Source: Octopus sinensis
Lineage: Eukaryota
Direction of reading: 5' to 3'
NCBI RefSeq assembly: GCF_006345805.1
Contig: NC_043002.1
Coordinates: 46,438,001-46,502,000, forward strand
Length of the DNA stretch: 64,000 nucleotides
In this document: one piece after another, positions 11,088 through 22,499 of the stretch
How the letters are laid out: each line of letters starts with the position of its first letter
How positions within the stretch are numbered: the stretch's first letter is position 1
Translations under genes and position numbers: made by a program
Notes under the pieces: generated by a model
What the model was told of the DNA's origin: nothing
The model's database searches: none
Seen by the model: the letters and a program-made list of their open reading frames with translations, nothing else

Positions 11088-14000
11088 AAACATACATACA
11101 CACATGGCAGGCTGAATGTTTATACTGATTTTTAAAAAAAATCATAATTTGAGCATCAAGTTTAAGGTGTATATAAACGTATGTATAAACTGTATAAACC
11201 AGTTTCTTTCTCTTACATTATATTTATTTTCCTATCGTGTATTTTGTGCCATTTTTATAGTTACTGCAGGCGCGATATCTGGTTAGGGAATTCATATTTT
11301 TTATCGAGAATAAGTTACACAAAATTTGTGATTATGTGTACATCATGTTATTCAAAATACGTCGCAGAAGCCCAGGCGTTATTTTTATGATTGTCTCCCT
11401 AATGTTATACAAATGAAGAGATTTAACATGTTCATATTCCTGTGTACGTATTATTGCACTTGTTTGCATGTATGTTTGTGTTTGCTGCATATATGGTTAT
11501 GCGTGTGTAAATCTATTCGTGTTTGCTTGTGTGTGTGTGTGTCTACATATGTAGTATGTAGTCATTGGGTAACTTGTTTGTCGTTTCTTCCCTGCAGGTC
11601 GGATTCTACCATATCTGCCCTTCCCCTAACCGACTAGTGACCTTGTGCCAATAAAAGAAATCATTATTAGCACTGCCGGGTTACAAAATATTGTTACCGT
11701 TTATATACCACATTCCTTGTAATAACGTCAATTAATTTCTTCCAGGTCTGCAGTTCTTTTAATTGACTGTTTTTTCTTATTTATTGTAGTTCATAATCTC
11801 GTTTCCCAAGTTAAGTTTTAAAAAAATATTCCAGCTGTAACTGTCTTTTCTGATATAGTGTAACTAAGACAACATTATTCAGTGAATCGTCTTGCCTTTT
11901 TTAAGGCGATAAAATGTGATTATTAATTTTAACTATCTATAGTAAGTTAGTGACTTCTCTTTTCCCTGGTACTTTCTCTAATCAGTTGTTTAACCTCAAG
12001 ATACTTTTTATAGATTGGATATATATGATCAATGGCATTTCATCCGTGACCACCTATTGTTTTTTTCTATGTAGGGTTCTCAGGATCATATTCAGCAATA
12101 TATTCTTTTTTAAGATACCAGGTGTGATTTAAGGGCGATTTGGCTGCTATTTTAGCGGTTCGAGCGACCATGTAGATGCTTCTCCGTTGGTGTGTATGTG
12201 TGTAGCATAAATATTGTACAAACTGTATATAGTAATCATTCTTTCCCTCTGTCCACTGTCCCCCAACCTCCTTTATTTTCAGTGCTGACCAGGTACATTG
12301 AAGGTTAGTCTGAAAAATGTTTTAAATGTTAACTTGAACACGTATGTAAGAGGATAATAACAATGGCCTGATTAAAAACAATCCATACTCAACGCGTGTA
12401 TATAAAACATACATCATGCAGTTTGTATCTATATATACGTGTGCGTGTATTACGTAGCAAGGAGAGAGACAGCTGTGTCATAGATGACCTTAAAATCAGT
12501 ATAAACAAACATTGTGTGTGTAATGTATGTGTAGTTAAATAGATATGTACATACATGTGTATATGAGGAGAAGGGATGATAGCTAGATGAGACATAAACG
12601 CTGCATTGCTTCCACTGTCTCCTCGGCTTTCTCCTGGACTTGCTTGTTTTTTTGGGGGCACAACCTCAAAACGGCCTATGAATTCTAACATAATGGCAAC
12701 AATGATTTGTTAAAAACCTGCTAGATAACGTTTACACTAATGGGAGTCAGGTGTGTGTACCCAACATTATAAACAAATAGTTTTTGATATTCCAATATCC
12801 TAGTTATTACACGTATTCCATCCAACACAGTCTCCCCACTTTCTCTGATTATGTATATATAGTATTGAGTACTTTCTGTGTTTGTAATAATATTGATACA
12901 CGTGTGTGTGTGATTCACGGTCCTCGTTGAAATATTCTGGGTGGTGCTCCAACATCTACCTTTGGATAATTTTTATGCTGTATTCCTTCTCGACTATTCC
13001 AATTGTGAAAGCTGTAATTATCTTTGCTTGAATATAAAAATGCACTTGATACTTAGATAGCCTAACGCTTTGTTCTCAGTTCGAACGAGGACCTTTTCAT
13101 CCGTCTGTAGTCAGTCATGTATTTGTGTGTCTAACCAATTGGGCCGTTGAAGTCCACTGTCTGGCATCGGTGATTTGAGACAAACTATCGTCTGTTTGGT
13201 TAGTAAGCCTGACAATCCTCTTTGGTTCAGCCACTGGGTCGCAATGAGATTCTGTTGTTTTATATCACTTTCACTTTAATGAAAGTATTTTGAAAAGGGA
13301 ATCAATGCTTGTTAAATAATACTAGGTCAAAGAAGGTTTTATATCAACTCTTGGCTGGAAGGAATTGGTGTGGTTATTTCTCCCCCACCCTCTTCATTGT
13401 ATAGTATTCCATTGTTTCAGACAATAGGAATTATGGTTCTGATAGAATTTTTTCTAAAAATTTACATTTGTGTCATTCCTACCCCCAGTTATTTTTTATT
13501 TCCTTTTCCCTTCTGTATCAGGTAGTGGTAACTGTTCCAAAGCAATGTCCAACTCTTCCCTCAAGCGTCTATGTCTATATATATGTTGAGAAAGTTCATC
13601 TTTTCCTAAAGCATAATGCTGGCTTTTTACATCTGAGTCTGTAGTGTCAAGGTAATGACGGATAAGTCTTGTTTCTCTGGATAGGACCTTATACTATTTA
13701 TCATAGGTATGTATGTATATTTACCAAAATGAAGCTACCTTTATACCTATTCCAACAATTAGGTGAACTGAATCAAAAATGGATATGGATAGTTGACATT
13801 TAACTTGAAGTCAACTCTGATTGAACAGACCATTCATTTGACTGTTTAAGTAGGCTGAGCAACCACATAGAGGTTCCTACATTAGGTTGATGTAAGGACA
13901 ATCACTATAACTTTAGGGTTTAGCAATAGACTATATCAGTCATAGACAAATTGCCACCTGCAGTACTTTTTAAATGGTACCTAATTATAAGAGGAAATTA

Positions 14001-14687
14001 ATATTGCAGCCTGCCTGATGAGCCATGTCTCTTGTGACCTGCTTCTAGAAAAAGGTTGCTCATGCAAATTCAAATTATAACCTAAAATCATGCTTGTTGT
14101 TCCATGATACAAAATAGTGACTTATATTTGGAGCAGTAACCTTTGATGAAATAAAGCACTGAATGTCCTGTTCAGAGACAAAACAACAATATGTATGTTA
14201 AGAAACTGAAAGGCTGGTATAATAATACTAGATTCTGTGGCCTCTTTTTTCCATGTGTTATTGCACAGTGGCATCTTAAATGATGCCCCAGCATCCCAGT
14301 AGGTTGTGAGATATTTTATGGGATACTATGGAATTGTACAGTGGAACTGCACATAGAACTAACTATATTGTAGGATGATTTACTGCCAGACAATGGAATT
14401 TGTTTGGAATTTTTTCCATAAACTTCATAAACATGTTTCATTATATAAATAGTCTTTACCATTTAGTTTTTATAGTTGCAGGCACGGCTGTGTGGTTAAA
14501 AATTTTTCTTTGAAACCACATTCTTTTTCGGTTTGGTCCCATTGTGCAGGAGCACTTTGGGTGTCCTTTTATATCCCTGGATTGACCAGTGCAATTTAAG
14601 GGAATTTGGTAGAAAAAAATTTCAAGAAGCTTGTTCCACATAAAATGTGTGTGTGTGTTTGCATGCACAAATGTACCCTGATCTTTA

Positions 14688-16020
14688 TACGAGATGTTTC
14701 AGAAAAATGATATTTTGTAATCAACTTGACCAATTTTCATTCAAATAATCTCATATTTTAACAGCATGTATAGAAACAACTCAAAATTCTATGTTTTATT
14801 GGGGGTTTCTTTCAGGTGTAGAAATGCCATTTAGTAGAAATGAAATGTTACTTTGCATATTAGAGTATGTTTGAACACAGTTGAATAAGGCTGTGCTGCA
14901 TGCATTTGTGAACGAATTCACTAAAAATGCACCAAATGCAATGCAATTTTCTACATGGCACAAAAAGATCAAAGAAGAAGGCTGTCTATAAAGGTCAAAA
15001 GAGTTTGGATGACCACCTGTATTGGAGGAGATGGTTGAGTGGGTTTGGGAAACATTTTTGCAAAGCCCCAGGTATTCCATTAGAAGAGTAAATATGGAAG
15101 CCCAGATTCTTCCAACTACAGCTTGATGTGTCACAAGGAAATGCTTGCAAATGACACCCAACAAGCTGCAGCTCGTTCAGTCCTTAAGACAGGTGACAAG
15201 CAAAAGTGTAAGCCATTCAGTGTCAATATCCAAGAGAAATTTGAAGAAAAGTTTGAAGAACATCTTGTTTTCAGTGATGAAGCCGCATATATAAATGGCA
15301 GTCAACAAGCATAATGTTCAAATTTGGGTAAAGAAAATTCCCATGCTACAGTTGAGCACATGAGGAACTCACCAAAAATGAATGCGCCATCCCCAAGAAT
15401 CAATTTCATGACCCATTTTTCCTTGAAGGAAATGTGACTGGTGATGTTTATCTGTAAATGCTTCAGGACTGGCTAATTGAGAAGTTCATTGCTAATGAAC
15501 ACAAACACTTAATTTTACAACAGGAGAGGGCTCTACCTTACTGGAAGCTCACTCTGTGGGCTTATCTCAATGAAAATCTGTCAGGGAGATGGATTGGGTG
15601 TGCAGATGATGAAGACTATGTGCCATGTTCACCTGACCTGATACCTTGCAAAATTTTTCTTTGTGTCTATGTGAGTGGACTGGTCTATGTCCTCATTCTT
15701 CTTACAAGCTTAAAGGAACTCAAGTAGAGAATCACTGCCACACTAGAGACTGTTACCCAAGACATACTGCAGCATGTTTGGCAGGAGTTGAACTACCAAC
15801 TTGACAGCTATGTCATAGACAGTGCACACATTGAAAACTTGCAAAATCTTGTGATATCATTTATGAAATTCACATGCCTTTGAATTTTTCATTCAAATTT
15901 TGATGAGTAAATCCTGTTTTGCCCAACATTAAATCTGTTTAGTTTCATTTGCCTAGGCTATGTGGTTACCCAGATATTTGCATTTCAAATGATATCAAAG
16001 TTTTTGAAACAGCCTGCATA
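14688..16020 (+). mobile_element. Degenerate Tc1/mariner DNA transposon
   Basis: Fragmented transposase (LVFSDEA; LILQQERALPYW; LNENLSGRWIG; SPDLIPCKIFL) and degenerate TA-flanked TIRs (tacgagatgtttcag / ttttgaaacagcctgcata). Confidence 0.8.
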
Positions 16021-17176
16021 TTCCACCTTTATCACTTCTTATGCTGGTGTTATGACTAGTCACACTATTTTTGAAAACCTATGGAATAAGGGTATCCTTT
16101 ACTTGTAAAATTAGTAGTAGTTGGTAACAGGAAGAACATTCAGCCATAAGATCTTGCCTCAATCAAATATCATTCATTTCTTTTGCAACCAAAAAGACCT
16201 AGTATTGCTTACTACCATTGACAGTCAACTTTGCAGGGAAAGTTACAATTCTGTTCTATTTAGTTTATTTTGCTGAGGATTTGTTGTTTTAGAGCTTATA
16301 CTTTTCCTTTGTTTGTAGATTGTTGAAGTTTGACCAGTACCATCTCTAATTTAATTTTATTCTGCATAATTTGAATTTTTTTTCTTTTGTAAAATATCAA
16401 AAGAAAAAAAAAAGTATCCCTAGTGAGTTGTAAATGTGTTTTCATATTCCATGCTGAGAATTAAATCTAGAAAATGTTACACAAAAAATTAGTTTAAAAA
16501 TATTTTCTTTGGCTTATGAAACCAGAGAAAATATTTAAAATGTTGTTTTTGTTTTTTCTTCATTGAAAAATTCAACATGTAAATTACAATATGTATATAT
16601 ATGACTGGTTAAAAAACTTGCTTTACAGTCACGTGATTTCAGGTTCAGTCTTACTATATCGCACCTTGGGCAAAAGTCCTCTACTATAGCCCTAGACCAA
16701 CCAATGCATTGTGAGTGAATTTGATAGACAAGTTATGTGGAAGACACTGTACATGTGTATGTTTGCATATGTACCCACCTCCCCTGATATTGGTTTATGT
16801 CCCTGTAACAGCAGTTAGGCAAGAAAGACTGATGGAATAAGTACCAGACATAGAAAATATACACTGGGATTGATTTGTTCAACTAAACCTTTTAGGGCAG
16901 TGCCGCTGTTTGATCACAGTCCAATTGAAATCAGTAAAACATTAAATATATATAAATATGTGTATGAATATATATGTGTGTATGCATATATATGTATGTG
17001 TATCTTTTATCTTTTACTTGTTTTGGTCAGCCCAGGGCTAGAGTTGATACTTGCCCAAGGTGTCACACAGTAGGACTGAACCCAGAGCTATGTGGTTTAG
17101 AAACAAACTTCTTACCACAGCCACACCTGTGCATATATATGTATATATATGTTTGTGTGTGTGTGTGTGTTTATAT

Positions 17177-19038
17177 GAGGTATTTCGTGTTGCAAGACAG
17201 TGTGTGAGAGAGAATCGTGACGTGGTAGGAGAGAAATGTGTTCGCAAGGAGGACGGTTCACTTGCACTTAATGAGGGTGCAAAGAGAGAGACTTGGAGAC
17301 GCCACTATGATAGGTTGCTGAATGAAGAAAATGAATGGGATAAAGAGAGTCTGCCGAATGTCGACCCAACAGAGGGACCAGCAATCCGAGTTAACAGTTC
17401 CTTAGTAGATAAGGCAATTAGAAGCATGAAAACAGGGAAAGCCCCAGGCCCATCAGGAATTACTGCAGAGATGCTCAAAATATCTGGTGGTGTCGGCTAT
17501 AGCTTAGTCACCCGTATAGTTAACCAGGTGATACACGAGGGGGTCATACCCAATGACTGGTGTAGCAGCATAATAGTCAACTGCTACAAAGGTAAAGGCG
17601 ACGCCCTAGAGACAAATAACTACAGGGGCATCAAGCTGCTGGATCAGGTAATGAAGGTTACGGAGAGGGTGTTAGCCCAACTAATTAGAGAGAGAGTTAC
17701 CTTAGATGATATGCAGTTTGGGTTCGTGCCAGGGAAAAGTACTACTGATGCTATATTCCTGGTAAGACAGCTGCAGGAGAAATACCTAGCCAAAGATAAG
17801 CCCTTGTACCTGGCTTTTGTTGACTTGGAGAAAGCCTTTGACAGGGTCCCCCGGTCCCTTATCTGGTGGTCAATGAGGAAACTAGGGATAGAAGAATGGT
17901 TGGTGAGAGCTGTGCAAGCCATGTACAGAGACGCTGCTAGTAAGGTGAGGGTGGGCAACGAGTACAGTGAAGAATTCCGGGTAGAGGTTGGGGTCCACCA
18001 AGGTTCAGTCCTCAGTCCCCTCCTATTTATCATAGTCCTCCAGGCAATAACGGAGGAATTCAAGACAGGTTGCCCCTGGGAGCTCCTCTATGCTGATGAC
18101 CTTGCTCTAATTGCTGAGTCACTATCAGAACTGGAGGAGAAGTTCCAGGTGTGGAAACAAGGATTAGAATCGAAGGGCCTTAGAATCAACCTAGCCAAAA
18201 CCAAAGTTCTAATAAGTAGGAAGGTAGATCAATCACAAACGCCTTCAGGTAGATGGCCCTGCTCGACCTGTAAAAAGGTGTAGGTAGAAACTCTATAAGA
18301 TGCCAAGTGTAAGCTATGGACACATAAGATGCGTGCAATGTCAAAGGAAGGCTAACTAGGAAAATAGTTTTTGTCTGTGGCAAATGCTCAGGAGCAATAA
18401 ACACTGGAAATATGCAGAGACCAACTTCTGCCACGTTCCAGGGAGACAAACTAGAAGTAGTTGATAGCTTCCGCTACCTAGGAGACCAAGTCAGTAGCGG
18501 GGGTGGGTGTGCTGAAAGTGTAACTGCTAGAGTAAGAATAGCCTGGGCAAAGTTTAGAGAGCTCTTACCCCTGCTGGTGACAAAAGGCCTCTCGCTCAGA
18601 GTAAAAGGCAGACTGTATGATGCATGTGTACGTACAGCCATGCTACATGGTAGTGAAACATGGGCCGTGACTGCTGAGGATATGCGTAAGCTCGCAAGAA
18701 ATGAAGCCAGTATGCTCCGATGGATGTGTAATGTCAGTGTTCATAATCGTCAGAGTGTAAGTTCCTTGAGAGAAAAGCTGAACCTAAGAAGCGTCAGTTG
18801 TGGCGTGCAAGAGAGACGGCTGCGCTGGTATGGTCATGTGACAAGAAAGGCTGAAGATAGTTGTGTGCAAAAGTGCTACACCCTAGCAGTGGAGGGAACC
18901 TGTGGAAGAGGTAGACCCAGGAAAACCTGGGACGAGGTGGTGAAGCACGACCTTCGAACTTTAGGTCTCACTAAGGAAATGTCTAGAGACCGAGACCTAT
19001 GGAAGTATGCTGTGCATGAGAAGACCCGGCAAGACTAG
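17177..19038 (+). pseudogene. RTE-clade LINE reverse transcriptase, 5'-truncated, frameshifted near 18270-18310
   Basis: Motifs NYRGIKLL, QFGFVPGKSTTDAI, FVDLEKAFDRV, GVHQGSVLSPLLF, LLYADDL; C-terminal DSFRYLG, LRWYGHV and RGRPRKTW typical of RTE. Confidence 0.95.
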
Positions 19039-20736
19039 TCAGGCCATAACCCGTGGCCCCGACCTGGGACGTAGTCAGTCCTGTGCATACCTTCCTTCTT
19101 GTGACACTTATGAAGACCTGTTGAGGCAAGTGAAAATCAAATCAAATCAAAACAAATCAAAATAGATGAACATCAGTGGAATTGTATTCTTTGTGGTACC
19201 AGTGCCGGTGGCACACAAGAAAACCACCCAAACGTGGCCGTAACCAGTACCGCATCGACTGGCCTCCGTGCTGTGGGCACAACAAACACCATCCGATCGT
19301 GGCCGTTCGCCAGCCTCATCTGGCACCTGTGCCGGTGGCACATAAAGACACCATCCGAAGACCCGGCGACGTAGTCAGTCCACCTGTGCATACCTTCCTC
19401 TTATGACACTTGTGAAGACCTGTTGAGGCAAGTGTGTGACACTTGTGAAGACCTGTTGAGGCAAGTGAAAATCAAACCAAATCAAAATAGATGAATATCA
19501 ATGGAATTTGTATCTTTGTGGTTCCAGTACCGGTGGCACACAAGAAAACCATCCGAAGTGGCCGTAGCTGGTACCGCATTGACTGGCCTCCGTGCTGTGG
19601 GCACAACAAACACCATCTGATCGTGGCCGTTCGCCAGCCTCACCTGGCACCTATGTCGGTGGCACATAAAAACACCATCCAAAGACCCGGCGACGTAGTC
19701 AGTCCACCTGTGCATACCTTCCCTCTTATGACACTTGTGAAGACCTGTTGAGGCAGAGGCAAGTGTGTGACACTTTGTGAAGACCTGTTGAGGCAGAGGC
19801 AAGTGTGTGACACTTGTGGAGACCTGTTGAGGCAAGTGTGTGTCACGCGTGACACTTGTGAAGACCTGTTGAGGCAAGTGAAAATCAAACCAAATCAAAA
19901 TAGATGAACATCAATGGAATTTGTATCTTTGTGGTTCCAGTACCGGTGGCACACAAGAAAACCATCCGATCGTGGCCGTTCGCCAGCCACATCTGGCACC
20001 TGTGTCGGTGGCACATAAAGACACCATCCGAAGACCCGGCGACGCAGACAGTCCACCTGTGCATACCTTCCTTCTTGTGACACTTGTGAAGACCTGTTGA
20101 GGCAAGTGACACTTGTGAAGACCTGTTGAGGCAAGTGAAAATCAAATCAAATCAAAACAAATCAAAATAGATGAACATAAATGGAATTTGTATCTTTGTG
20201 GTACCAGTGCCGGTGGCACACAAGAAAATCATCCGAACGTGGCCGTAGCCAGTACCGCATAGACTGGCCTCCGTGCTTTGGGGACGTAACAAACACCATC
20301 CGATCGTGGCCGTCCGCCAGCCTCATCTGGCACCTGTGTCGGTGGCACATAAAAACACCATCCGAGCGTGGCCGTCTGCCAGCCTCGTCTGGCACCTGCC
20401 AGCCTCATCTGGCACCTGTGTCGGTGGCACATAAAAACACCATCCGAGCGTGGCCGTCTGCCAGCCTCGTCTGGCACCTGTGTCGGTGGCACATAAAAAC
20501 ACCATCCGAGCGTGGCCGTTCGCCAGCCTCGTCTGGCACCTGTGTCGGTGGCACATAAAATCACCCACTACACTCTCGGAGTGGTTGGCGTTAGGAAGGG
20601 CATCCAGCTGTAGAAACACTGCCAGATCTGACTGGCCTGGTGCAGCCTTCGGGCTCCCCAGACCCCAGTTGAACCGTCCAACCCATGCTAGCATGGAAAA
20701 CGGACGCTAAATGATGATGATGATGATGATGATGAT
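19039..20736 (+). repeat. Expanded 3' UTR of the RTE element: hierarchical tandem modules plus shared tail ending (GAT)n
   Basis: Units start at 19068, 19368, 19692 and 20041; four ~61-bp modules at 20291-20558; conserved tail 20565-20736. Confidence 0.9.
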
Positions 20737-21038
20737 ATATATATAAATGGATAGAGAGAGAGAATTTTCTGAATTATAAACGACTCATAAAAAAAAAAAA
20801 TGCCTTGGAATCCATTTATGTTGTGCAATTGAAACTTATCAATGTTATGTAGTATTTCTGTCCCATTTTATATGTTGACTAACAAAAGTTAATTTCACTT
20901 CAGTAAGTGTGTCAAGCTACTTGTTATGGAACTCTTAGTGCTCTAGATTTTTCTTCACCCCCACCACCACCACCACCACTTGGTAAAGGATGGAAAAAGT
21001 TAAAAAAAATTTTTTTCTCTCTCTCTCTTTCTTCACAG

Positions 21039-21079
21039 TCATCAACAACCTATGGATTTCTAATGTTCAGAAAAAGATG
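21039..21079 (+). other. Candidate 41-nt exon of a plus-strand host gene
   Basis: Strong acceptor (ttttttctctctctctctttcttcacag) and donor ATG|gtaata in unique sequence; reading frame undetermined. Confidence 0.35.
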
Positions 21080-22451
21080 GTAATATTTGTGGCATGCTGG
21101 ATAATTAGTTGGTAGATAAATGCTGAGATTTAGGCTAAATTCTGTGTATACAGTATTTCTCAAATTGACAAATACCAGCTCCTACTCTTCTCCCTCCCCA
21201 AATTTTAGTGAAATTTGCTGACCTTTCTCTTAATGAGATAACAGAATTGAGTGTGTAACCACATAATTCTTCTTTCTTTATCACAATGTGGAAATAAGTT
21301 TAAAAGATTTAATGAAAAAAACATCTTGTTTTAAGCATGGTGCAGGTATGCCTGTATAATAAGTTTGCTTTCAAACCTCATAGTCCTATGTTCAGTCCTA
21401 ACTGCATGTTACTTTGGGCAAAGCAATTTTTTCTATAACTTTGAGCTAACCAATGCCTTGTAAGTGGATTTGGAAAGTAGAAACTGAAAGAAGCCTGTCG
21501 TGTGTGTGATCACCGCTTGACAGCCAGTCTTTGTTTGTCCCTGTCACTTAGTGGTTTGGCAAAAGAGACTGGTAGAATAAATACCAGGCATTAAAAAGAT
21601 AAGAACTGGGGTCAATTTGTTCAATTAAAAACCTTTGTGTTGCTCCAGTCTGATCACAGTTCAATGACTAAAACAAGTAAATGATAAAAGCTGGCAATTT
21701 AGCTACTCCTCTTCAATCATCACATCCTCCCCTTATTAAGAGAAACATTGTTATAGTCTTTGTATCACTTATGTGGGTCTTTTGTTCAAATATCCCTGGG
21801 GGACCACTTTGCTTTCGTTCTTCTAAGGACAGCAGAAGTAACATCAAATAATATGAGTACAAACATGGCTATATGATTAAGAAGTTTCCTTTGTAACTAC
21901 ATGATTTCAGGTTCATTCCTATTGCACAATAACTTGTATTGGTGCCTTCTACTGTAGCTTTAGTCAACTAGAGCATTTTAAGGGAAATTCATTTGATGAA
22001 AACTGTCCCATTGAACAGCTCTTCCTTTGGTGTCTTATAGCAGAGTCTATTCAGTTGCAAGTATTCAAACTGTCCCAGTTCTTAGTCCCAGTTCTTCCAT
22101 TCTGCCTACCACTCTAGGAGGTCCTGAAAGGATCATATATAGGCCTATCTAAGTGACAAAAAGAAAATGCTGGAATCATTTTAATTGGCTTTATTCTACC
22201 TTGATTGTCATTGTCAAAGGAAATCAATACTTGATGACTTAACAGTTTCCAAGTTATCATCATCATCAATTAACATCCACTTTTCCATGTTTGCATGGAT
22301 TACATAGAATTTGTGGAGGCAGATTTTATTCTATGAACAGATGTCCTTCCTGTTACTGACTCTCACACCAGGTAATATTTTCCCATAGATAGACATGTTT
22401 TCATGGAAGACTGGAAATGAACAACTTTGCTTATATGATAGTGCTGGTCAT

Positions 22452-22493
<42 letters not shown>

Positions 22494-22499
22494 CACACA

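Noticed and set aside
12050-12171. Short ATG ORF MVARTAKIAAKSPLNHTWY on the minus strand
   Set aside because: Lies in a dispersed repeat also seen at ~5805 and ~8250.
17644-18063. Antisense ORFs over RT regions (also 24072-24374, 44718-45135, 45160-45869)
   Set aside because: Shadow frames of the RTE coding strand.
19068-20558. CRISPR-like appearance of short repeats separated by other sequence
   Set aside because: The intervening sequences are themselves repeated, spacing is irregular, there are no cas genes, and the context is a eukaryotic LINE UTR.
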